From IMG/VR virus record IMGVR_UViG_2895192334_000003, positions 7,415-71,414 of that record: a stretch of 64,000 nucleotides of DNA. One strand, given 5' to 3'. This document shows, in pieces, positions 55,671 through 64,000 of the stretch. The notes under the pieces are model-generated. The model was not told where the DNA came from, made no database searches, and saw only the letters and a program-made list of their open reading frames with translations. Position 1 is the first letter of the stretch. Every line of letters starts with the position of its first letter. The translations under genes were made by a program, and so were the position numbers. Origin of the DNA: a virus (lineage: Duplodnaviria > Caudoviricetes).

Positions 55671-56029
55671 CATTAGATAAAATTATTTATTTATCGTTTT
55701 TAGCTGGCAGAGTTCAAATTATTGTTTGTTGCATATTAGGTGTATTGATAGCAACAATGTGTGTTTATTTAATCATGGGTGCTTCTGAATATGGATATGG
55801 TGATAGGGCAACTTATTATTTTAAATGCGTGAGAAAATATGCAAAACTATCGTTGGTTACAGCTTTGTTGTTTGTAATTCTACCATCAAAGTGGGAAGTG
55901 TTAAGCATGAATATTACAAAGGGATATAAGGTTGAAGCTGTTTATCAAATGACAAAAGATGAACTAAGAGATAGTATAAACTACTTTGTAAATAGCTTAG
56001 AGAAAATGGAGAGTATGAAAAATGATTAA
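55667..56029 (+). CDS. Hypothetical membrane protein
   Basis: Two hydrophobic segments. Confidence 0.65.
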   Translation: MTLDKIIYLSFLAGRVQIIVCCILGVLIATMCVYLIMGASEYGYGDRATYYFKCVRKYAKLSLVTALLFVILPSKWEVLSMNITKGYKVEAVYQMTKDELRDSINYFVNSLEKMESMKND

Positions 56030-56405
56030 AGTAACAAGAGAAAACAAATACAAGGTTCTCAAACCAGAATTATTTAAAGATGGTGAAGTGCTGTTGGATA
56101 AATATCCTTTGTGGATAAACATGAATATGCACCCACATCATATATGCTTTGTTAAGGATTTTGGGGATAAAGATGATATAACTTATGGAACTTCAAATAC
56201 CACTTGGTTAGGGTTCAACCCAGAAGCTAATGAACTCAAACTACATTGCACTTCTTATGGTGGCATGTGTGGATTTATATTTAGCGAAGAAGACTTAACA
56301 AGAAAAGATTTATCGTTATCAAAAAATGATATAGAATGTATGGAATTTACCATTAATCTTATTAAAGAATTAAAAGATAATGGAATTATCGAGGTGGCAA
56401 AATGA
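56022..56405 (+). CDS. Hypothetical protein
   Basis: 127-aa coupled ORF. Confidence 0.65.
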   Translation: MIKVTRENKYKVLKPELFKDGEVLLDKYPLWINMNMHPHHICFVKDFGDKDDITYGTSNTTWLGFNPEANELKLHCTSYGGMCGFIFSEEDLTRKDLSLSKNDIECMEFTINLIKELKDNGIIEVAK

Positions 56406-56582
56406 AAAAAACACTTAGTGATTAAGTATTTTGACACATACCCAGAAAATAAAATTTACTTCGACAGTAAAGAAAAAGCGGAGAAATTCCTTAAAGAAAA
56501 AAGAAAAGTTGATACAGGATATTTAACAGCCTATGAGTATAGGGGAGAAGTTGAAATAAATCCTTATGAATCAACAAAGTAG
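56402..56582 (+). pseudogene. Hypothetical gene frameshifted at an A7 (56405-56411); 59 aa if A6
   Basis: GAGGTGG RBS and ATGA overlap; the repaired frame MKKHLVIKYFDTYPE...STK is open to TAG. Confidence 0.6.
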
Positions 56583-56590
56583 ATGGGGTG

Positions 56591-56755
56591 ATGAGATTGA
56601 AAGATTGTTATTGTCATACTTGCGACAAAGAATTTAATTCTCTAGGTATTGCAAGACATAGGGCTATGCACAGAGACAGGCAAGAGGATTGCAAGATAAC
56701 CTACAAAGATGGAAAAACGCTTAAATATAAGTTTAGCCAGGTGGTGAAAAATTGA
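56591..56755 (+). CDS. 54-aa C2H2-type zinc-finger protein (not in ORF track)
   Basis: CHTC...HRAMH; GGGGTG RBS. Confidence 0.6.
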   Translation: MRLKDCYCHTCDKEFNSLGIARHRAMHRDRQEDCKITYKDGKTLKYKFSQVVKN

Positions 56756-56797
56756 AAGCAAATAGGAGAACTGCCACAGGAATTTTAAGGGCATATT

Positions 56798-57010
56798 TTG
56801 TATTTAAAGCAGGGCAAAGATAGATTTTTGCACCGATTCAGGTGGCACGAACTAGACGAGCCAGAATCAATTTTAATAGATTGTTATTATATTCGAGGTA
56901 TAAAGACTATAAACGAGGAAGACTTTTTGATGAATACAAATGGTCTATCATTTAACGCTATTGAACAGTATAAAGAAATTTTAAGAAAATTAAAGGAGAT
57001 AGAAAAATGA
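56798..57010 (+). CDS. Hypothetical protein (possibly 5'-damaged)
   Basis: TTG start without a clear RBS; an in-frame TAA lies just upstream. Confidence 0.4.
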   Translation: MYLKQGKDRFLHRFRWHELDEPESILIDCYYIRGIKTINEEDFLMNTNGLSFNAIEQYKEILRKLKEIEK

Positions 57011-57100
57011 CAAATTATTATTTTAAAGAAAGCGGTTATTACAAAATTACGAAAAATATAATAAATCAGTTGGAAAAAATTAAGGAGTAACAAATGACAT

Positions 57101-57820
57101 ATGGTGACATTAGATGGTGAAAATAAAAAGATAGCTAGAAAATATTTCAATCGCATTGCTTTAAGTCGTGAAGATATGAAAAGGTATTATAACATTTCAG
57201 GTAAAACAACTCAATTAATCAAAAATCCTAATGTTAGTTCAATAAAAGTATCTAATGTTGAATTTGATGTCATAATGAATATTGTTAATAATCGTGAGAA
57301 TCAACTATTTATGGTTGTAACAGACAGAACTATTAGTAGGGTTAAACAGTTAATTGACTTATTAGATATAAATCAATTAGCGAACATATTGGGGTTGGAA
57401 AAATCTTATATAGAACAACTCGTTAATCATCAGTTATCAATTATGAGAACAACTTGGAAGGAAAAAATTGATGATTTATACCAAGAGATGACAAGAGATA
57501 TTACAGTACCTTTAGATGACCTTTGTCCAGAAGTTGATTTACAAAAAATTAACATGCAAGGTTATAGAAAAGCATTAGAAAGCAATAAAAAAGCATTTAA
57601 AGCATTAGAGATTGGAAAAACTTACCGAATATATCAAAAAAGATATTTAAGTCAAAGGATAGATAAAGAGTTAGTTTTTGAGGGAACGATAATAGAAGAA
57701 TATAGCAAATATTATTTAGGCAAATATCATAATAGAAATGTAACATTTCTTAAAAATTTACTATATTTGCCAGATACCATTGTAGAAGAGGTAACAGATA
57801 ATGAGTTTGCCACGATATAA
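57101..57820 (+). CDS. Hypothetical protein, possibly DNA-binding
   Basis: INQLANILGLEKSYIEQLV HTH-like segment. Confidence 0.6.
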   Translation: MVTLDGENKKIARKYFNRIALSREDMKRYYNISGKTTQLIKNPNVSSIKVSNVEFDVIMNIVNNRENQLFMVVTDRTISRVKQLIDLLDINQLANILGLEKSYIEQLVNHQLSIMRTTWKEKIDDLYQEMTRDITVPLDDLCPEVDLQKINMQGYRKALESNKKAFKALEIGKTYRIYQKRYLSQRIDKELVFEGTIIEEYSKYYLGKYHNRNVTFLKNLLYLPDTIVEEVTDNEFATI

Positions 57821-58088
57821 TAAACAAGCTCAAATTAGAAGTCTTATTAGAACTTATGACATTAGAACACCAGTAGAAAAAATGAAAGAGCAACAAGTGT
57901 TAGGTGATGGCTCAATTAGAATATTGCCACGTGATGTAACAAATCACATGATAGCTGGTGCAAAAGATACGATATGTATTTTTTATCTCGAAGATGGAAG
58001 TTTATTATTAATGGAAAAAGGGTTAGCAGAAGAAAGGCTAAAAGATGAATACGGAGAAATACTTGAACAAACAACAAATAAAAATTAA
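57801..58088 (+). CDS. AbrB/SpoVT-like small protein
   Basis: QVLGDGSIRILPRDV....GAKDTICIFYLEDGSLLL resembles the swapped-hairpin motif. Confidence 0.45.
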   Translation: MSLPRYNKQAQIRSLIRTYDIRTPVEKMKEQQVLGDGSIRILPRDVTNHMIAGAKDTICIFYLEDGSLLLMEKGLAEERLKDEYGEILEQTTNKN

Positions 58089-58503
58089 ATTTACAGACAA
58101 AGAACTTTACAAAGATTTCAACTCAATCAAAGTGGGAGATTGGATAGATTTAAAAACAACGGACATGGTAACATTGCGAGAAGGGCAATTTAAAATGATT
58201 GATTTAGGAATTGCAATGGAATTGCCTAAAGGATACGAAGCGTGGATTGTGCCAAGAAGCTCCACATTTATGAAATATGGTATTTTACAAGCCAATAGCA
58301 TCGCTATAATAGACAACCTATTTCGTGGAGATTCAGATTGTTGGAAATTTCTAGTGTTAGCAACAAGAAAGGTAACTATACCAAAAGGAACAAGGATATG
58401 CCAGTTTAGAATTATGGAGAATCAACCACAAATTGAATTTCAAGTTGTAGATAATTTAAAGAACGCAAATCGTGGCGGTATAGGAAGTACGGGTGAAAAA
58501 TGA
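58045..58503 (+). CDS. dut: Trimeric dUTPase
   Basis: DWIDL, PRSS, IIDN..RG, RICQF, RGGIGSTG. Confidence 0.9.
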   Translation: MNTEKYLNKQQIKIKFTDKELYKDFNSIKVGDWIDLKTTDMVTLREGQFKMIDLGIAMELPKGYEAWIVPRSSTFMKYGILQANSIAIIDNLFRGDSDCWKFLVLATRKVTIPKGTRICQFRIMENQPQIEFQVVDNLKNANRGGIGSTGEK

Positions 58504-58814
58504 AAAAACTTTATGGAATTGAATATGACAATGGCGAACCATGGGAAGATGGATACAATTGTGCTTTAGATATTTTATTTAAAAGCGAAAAGGAAGCAAT
58601 AGATTATATCAAGAATATAACAATAACTATAGCAAGTGATGATTATGATGATGGTGTTGCTCCATATGGGAAAACATTAAAATTTAATAAAAAAGACGAA
58701 ACAAGTAAGGGAGAAACACGTTACTACCTAGAAAAAGATCCTGATGCAAATAAGTATTATGGGCATACAGAAAATGGGTTCTATAAAGTATTAGAGTTTA
58801 AATTACAAGATTAA
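58500..58814 (+). CDS. Hypothetical protein
   Basis: ATGA-coupled ORF. Confidence 0.6.
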   Translation: MKKLYGIEYDNGEPWEDGYNCALDILFKSEKEAIDYIKNITITIASDDYDDGVAPYGKTLKFNKKDETSKGETRYYLEKDPDANKYYGHTENGFYKVLEFKLQD

Positions 58815-58836
58815 ATATAAAAAAGGAGGAGAATAT

Positions 58837-59040
58837 ATGGAAAACAACAACAGATTAATTTTTATTTGCTTAATAAAAGCATTATCTATTTTAGCAACTT
58901 TGTCGGGTTTTGCTTTTTTACTATCAGACTTACTCTTTGGCGATATTGTTATATTTAGACTTATAATGTGGTCAATAGAAATGACCATAGGATCATTTGT
59001 GTATTTTTACATTGATGCTAATGACGCCGAAGAGGAGTAA
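58837..59040 (+). CDS. Small membrane protein
   Basis: AAGGAGG RBS; two hydrophobic segments. Confidence 0.6.
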   Translation: MENNNRLIFICLIKALSILATLSGFAFLLSDLLFGDIVIFRLIMWSIEMTIGSFVYFYIDANDAEEE

Positions 59041-59043
59041 AAC

Positions 59044-62000
59044 ATGGAAGCCTATTACACACCTCTCCATGTTCACACTTCACGAGGTTCATTATTGGAT
59101 AGCACCAATACTCCTAAATCTTTAGTAGAAAGAGCAAAAACATTAGGACTAAAAGCATTAGCTATCACAGATCATGGCTATTGCTCAAATCACGTAGACT
59201 TCTATAAAGAGTGTATAGCTAACGGCATTAAGCCTATTTTGGGTATGGAGGGTTATATCGCCAAAGATATGACTATAAAAGAAAAAGAACAAGGCTTTTA
59301 TCACGTTATTCTTTTAGCGAAAAATAACACAGGATATAAAAACTTACTAAAGATATCTTCATTAGGACACACTAAAGGTTTCTATTACAAACCTAGAGTT
59401 GACTTAAAGACCATTAGAGAGCTCAATCTTGGTGAGGGCATAGTTGCTACATCAGCGTGTGTGGGTGGACAAGTGCCTCAAATGATATTAAACAACTATT
59501 TCGTGGATAGTATAACGGATAAAATTCAAGAGTATAAAGACACTTTTGAAGATTTTTATTTAGAATTACAACCGACCAATACACCTGATAACGAGCAAAC
59601 AAGAACACAACATTATGTAAATTATCAAATATATTGTTTAGCACAACATACAAAAACAAAAATGGTGGCAACTTCGGATTGCCACTTTACCAACAAAGAA
59701 GATTTTGATTTACACAATGTATTCATTCAAATATCACAAGATAGAGATAATGAAGCCTATGAAAACTGTTGGCTAAAATCCTATGATGAAATGTTAAATG
59801 GAAACTATTTTGGTGAATACAAAACTATACCAAAAGAAGAAAAACGTCAAATAGAGGCAATCTTGAACGTTACAAAGGATGTTGCAAACGATTGCACTGT
59901 AAAGTTGGAAATGGGTAAATCCTATATTCCCTCCGCAGAAATACCAAATGGTAGAACAAAAGAAAGCCAAATACTGGAATTGATTATAAAGGGATGCAAA
60001 AAAAGAGGATTTGACAAATTTGATAAAGAAAAAAAAGAACTCTATTGGAATAGAATTAAAACAGAGTTTGAAGTCTTAAAAGCTAAAGGATTTATAGATT
60101 ATTTCTTGTTAGAATATAACATTATCCACACAGCAAGAAAAAAAGGAATAATCATATCTCCAACAGCCAGAGGTTCTGGAGCAGGATCGTTAATATGCTA
60201 CGTATTAGAACTAACACACGTTGATCCAATAAAATATAATCTATTGTTTGAAAGATTTCTCACAATAGAAAAAAAGGGTCTACCAGATTAAGATATTAGT
60301 CGAGCTGACTATAAAAAGGGATAAAAGTCAGTGTTAATTTTCGTGAACCACATAACAAAGTGGGTGTGTGAATGCTATTTATTATAGGCAGGAAAGTAGT
60401 ATTCATGCTAACGGGGAAACTCTAAAGAGCAATCTATGACAATCCCGTGCCAAGTTAAATAGAAGTGTTTATATTGAGAACGAATGTAACTAAAAATATA
60501 AAATTTAAAAACAAATATGTAGTCTTTTTCACTAGAAAAAACAAAAGAACAATTGCGAATATTTTAAACACATATATTTAAAAGGTGTAACGACTAGCTC
60601 GTAGGGGCGTAGGGTGGGTATTGTTCCACTCGAAGTGCGAAACACCATACCCGATAAAACATGGTGAAGATATAGTCTATTCCTTGTAGAAATATAAGGT
60701 AGTAAAGATAGATACAGATGTAGCAACACAAGACAAAGATAAATTAGTAGATTTAATTAAAGATATGTACGGACACGATAAAGTAGCTCAAATAGCTACC
60801 TTTGGAACATTACAATCTAAATCGGCAATACAATCCATAGGGAAAGTATTAAACATACCATATAAAACTGTCGAAGAAATAAAAAAGGGAGTAACAGATG
60901 GACTTTCCATAAAAGAATCCTTAGAAACAAATAAAGACTTACAACAATATAGAGAATTATATCCAAAGTTATTTGATTACTCAATGCGATTAGAGGGTTT
61001 AGAAAGAAATATATCAACTCATGCTGGAGGAGTAGTTATAACACCAAAAGATAAAACGATGAGTGATTTTTGCGGCATGAGTATATCAAGAAGAGAAGAA
61101 GAAATAACACAACTAGACATGGGAAATTGTGAAGAAGTAGGACTAGTCAAAATGGACTTTTTAGGACTATCAACACTTGATGTGATATATGACACCTACA
61201 AAATTATAAAAGAAAAAACTGGCAAAGACATAGAATTAAAACCAGAAACGATGAACTTTGACGATGAAAAAACCTTTGATATGTTAATAAAAGGTCATAC
61301 AAAAGGAGTATTCCAATTGGGATCAAAAGGAATAACAGAAGCGTGTAAAGAACTAAAACCAAACACCTTTGACGAATTGACCAACTTAGTATCACTTTAT
61401 AGACCAGCCACATTAAAAGCCTTAGAAAGATATATTAAGAAGAAAAAAGGCGAACTAGAAATAGAGTCCATAGAACCAAGAGTAGATGAAGTTTTAAGCA
61501 CAACAAAGGGAGAACTAATCTATCAAGAGCAAATGATGAGAATGTTAAAAATAATGGCAAACTTCTCTGACGGAGAAGCAGATCATGCAAGAAAAATCTC
61601 ATCAAAGAAAAAAGTAGAAGAATTTGAACAAGTGATGCAAGACTTCAAAAAGAGAGCAAAGAATAATGGGTTTACCGAAAAAGCAATAGACACAGTTTAT
61701 GACATGATAAAAGACAGTGCAAGCTATTCCTTTGCTTTAGCTCATGGAGTATCTTACACAATGCTAACATATATCACCGCATACCTTAAAGCTCACTTCA
61801 CAACAGAATTTATGTGTTCACTTTTAACTAATCAACGTAAAGAGGGTTCAACGGATATGGAAGCCTTAAACGAATACATAAAAGAATGTGAAGCAATGGG
61901 CATAAAATTAAAGAATCCTGATTTAAGAATTGGCAATTTTGACTTTAAAGTATCCAAAGACAAAGAAATAATCTATGGATTGGATTTAATAAAAGGATGC

Positions 62001-62777
62001 AACAAAAAAGAATTAGAAGAATTAGTCCAACATAAATTTACAACCTTTGATGAAGTGTTAGAAATTTCAACCTCAAAACAAACATTAGTACCATTAATAA
62101 AAAGTGGAGCAATGGATCATCTCGGAGAGAGAAAAGACTTATTGATAAAATTACTTGCCAAGAGATTTGAATTAGGACAAGAAAAGAAAAAGAAATTAAA
62201 AACTATAAATAAAAAACATATCGCACAATTATTATCAGAAAGGAAAATAACATTAAGTGAAGTTCCTCTTTTTGGCACAGAAGCCAAACAATTAAAGGAT
62301 AATCAAATAAAAGAAAATAATCTCAAAAAAGAAAAAGTACTAAAAATACTAAACCAAGAAAACAAAAAAGAAGTGTGGCAAGATTGGAAAGAAAATATTC
62401 TTATTGGAGATTATGCAATATGGGAATACCAAATATTAGGATATACCTTGACTGGAGAACTATTCCAGAAAGTAGACAAATTTGTTAATTTCTTTACAGA
62501 AACCTTTGAGTATATAGATTTACCTTGTATAGTAAATAAAATCGATAAAAAGAAAATAAAAAAAGGAAAATCAAAAGGACAAGAAATGGCAATACTAGAC
62601 TTAGACACACCCTTTGGAGAAATAAGAGCCTTATGCTTTGCTACAAGTTGGCAGAAGCTAAAATATAAAATAGACAAAGGAAAAAGATATATCCTATGTG
62701 GAACAAAAAAAGACAATCAGTTGATAATAACAGGCATGATGAGTTATGACAGATATATAAAAAACTTTAGAGAATAA
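59044..62777 (+). CDS. dnaE: DNA polymerase III alpha subunit, two exons (59044-60288 + 60708-62777; 1104 aa spliced)
   Basis: PHP domain (HVH, TDHG, DCH), RGSGAGS, FERFL..PD|IDTD, FGT, HAGG, KMDFLGL, IYQEQ, YSFA.AH; OB-fold C-terminus. Confidence 0.93.
60289..60707 (+). mobile_element. Group I intron (419 nt, IA-like, no homing endonuclease)
   Basis: 5' exon ends in U, intron ends in G. P ACGGGGAAAC, Q AATCCCGTGCCAAG, R AACGACTAG, S AAGATATAGTCT; P1, P2, P3, P7, P8 and P9 stems are visible; splicing restores PDIDTD in frame. Confidence 0.92.
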
Positions 62778-62784
62778 GGAGTAT

Positions 62785-63162
62785 ATGAAAATGAAAACAA
62801 AAGAGTTTATAGAAGCAGTAAAACAGAGAGGTTATAAGGCTATTGAGAGCGATTTTTTTTATGATGTTCACAATCCAGATGAAGAACGCATAGGAAGCGT
62901 GGCAAAAAACATGCCCTATGTATGCAGCACAGTGTCTCAAGAACTTAATAGTCAAATAGATAAATTAATACTTGAATATGCCATGACACCAAATGAAGAG
63001 CGAGAGGGAAAAAAGAAATATAAAGTAACAGCACATTTAGATTTTACAGAAGACGTGTTAGAACTTGATGATAATCTAACGGAAGAGGAAGTAAAAAAAG
63101 AGTTATACGAATATGCATGTAGCTTTTTGTATTGGAGTTATAAAAAAGTAGAAGAAAATTAA
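62785..63162 (+). CDS. Hypothetical phage protein
   Basis: MKTKEFIEAV...LILEYAMTP..ER; related to the 37723 pseudogene. Confidence 0.65.
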   Translation: MKMKTKEFIEAVKQRGYKAIESDFFYDVHNPDEERIGSVAKNMPYVCSTVSQELNSQIDKLILEYAMTPNEEREGKKKYKVTAHLDFTEDVLELDDNLTEEEVKKELYEYACSFLYWSYKKVEEN

Positions 63163-63178
63163 TAGGAGGCAAAGGCAA

Positions 63179-63313
63179 GTGATATTACCAGAATTTAAGA
63201 TAATCAACCAAATTACAGACGAAGTATACAAAGACGAATTAGTTACACAAATTACAGAAGATATTATACAAGGGATACTAAACGTTATTTCAACTTACGA
63301 ACAAGAGGTATAA
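63179..63313 (+). CDS. 44-aa acidic protein (not in ORF track)
   Basis: AGGAGG upstream, GTG start, fills the gap between ORFs. Confidence 0.45.
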   Translation: MILPEFKIINQITDEVYKDELVTQITEDIIQGILNVISTYEQEV

Positions 63314-63315
63314 AA

Positions 63316-63516
63316 ATGACGGGACAAAACAGTCAAGAAAAGATGGTAACAATAAAATTACCATATGACGACCTCACAGACGTTTTAATAGTATTTGAAG
63401 ATTGGATACACAATCGTAGCAATAAAAGTATAGTTAAAAGAGAAAATGTAGCTAGAATATATTATCGACTTGTAAACATATGGGGTGATAACGCAAAAGA
63501 TGACCAAAAAAAATGA
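63316..63516 (+). CDS. Hypothetical protein
   Basis: GAGGT RBS. Confidence 0.55.
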   Translation: MTGQNSQEKMVTIKLPYDDLTDVLIVFEDWIHNRSNKSIVKRENVARIYYRLVNIWGDNAKDDQKK

Positions 63517-64000
63517 AGGGAAAAAATTTGAAGAAGATTTTAGAAACTCAATACCAGAAGATGTGTTTTGTTATAGAATAAAAGATAGTTCTAATTTTAA
63601 CCAAACAACAAAAAATATGTGCGACTTGATACTATTTCAGTCGCCATATTTATTTTTATTAGAATTAAAATCAACAAAACAAAATCAAATATCCACAGAT
63701 GAAAAAATAATAAAGCAACATCAAATAGACAGATTGTATGACGCACAACAAAAATGCAACAATATAGTTGCAGGTTTTGTATTGAATTACAGAGGGAGAG
63801 AACTTAAAACAAAAATAGTATTACCAGAAACATATTTCATACCAATAGAAGAAATGAGAAAAATATACTATAAAGAAAAAAAGATACACAAAGACCAAGC
63901 AAGAGAAATAGGCATAACAATACCATATCGTAAAAGAATTACAAGATTTGAATATAGCGTACCTTTAAAAAATATTGTAAAAATAAACAAAAAACTGTAA
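63485..64000 (+). CDS. recU: RecU-family Holliday junction resolvase
   Basis: NEGKKFEEDF...CDLI...LELKST...HQI. Confidence 0.85.
   Translation: MITQKMTKKNEGKKFEEDFRNSIPEDVFCYRIKDSSNFNQTTKNMCDLILFQSPYLFLLELKSTKQNQISTDEKIIKQHQIDRLYDAQQKCNNIVAGFVLNYRGRELKTKIVLPETYFIPIEEMRKIYYKEKKIHKDQAREIGITIPYRKRITRFEYSVPLKNIVKINKKL

Noticed and set aside
37972-56790. Genome-wide stop-codon reassignment
   Set aside because: TAA, TAG and TGA all terminate clearly defined genes at expected positions, and the long genes are open under the standard code.
60292-60764. Split DnaE (split intein or two genes), and ORF 60532(-)
   Set aside because: No intein motifs at either junction; the gap is a group I intron that restores the frame.
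1-64000. Diversity-generating retroelement, retron, arbitrium locus, tRNAs
   Set aside because: No reverse transcriptase, no TR/VR pair, no AimR-like TPR protein with a peptide gene, and no tRNA T-loop motif were seen in this window.

Overview
The whole window is part of one large, low-GC (visually about 30%) temperate siphophage or prophage of a Bacillota host (Clostridia/Tissierellia-like), organised much like Bacillus SPbeta. No host genes, tRNAs, CRISPR arrays, lysis genes or att junctions are visible. The minus strand from about 25.5 kb to the left edge carries the late operon: sigma-region-4 regulator, metallophosphoesterase, terminase, portal, protease/scaffold, capsid, neck, tail tube, a frameshifting tail chaperone, a 2581-aa tape measure with an NlpC/P60 domain, Dit, Tal and tail proteins. 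It is followed by a structured ~600-nt leader, an internal tyrosine recombinase operon, a frameshifted secreted moron and a 2.8-kb gene-free zone. A plus-strand early region then opens with tandem sigmaA promoters, a ~300-nt structured RNA candidate and an operator-flanked tandem HTH gene, and continues with anti-defence-type cassettes (LPD29, RelE TA, RadC, Fic). The rest is an autonomous replication/recombination module: beta clamp, iteron origin, SSB, HU, a Sak4-like ATPase with a class 3 LAGLIDADG intein, antirepressor, orphan MazF, DnaB, primase, PD-(D/E)XK nuclease, FolD-like protein, methyltransferase, MazG, dUTPase, DnaE split by a 419-nt group I intron in its catalytic PDIDxD motif, and RecU. 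Family assignments come from motif recognition only; no searches were run. The most promising unexplained elements are the two large structured RNA candidates, a dispersed 43-bp intergenic element, the divergent FolD homolog, and single-A insertions confined to small accessory genes.
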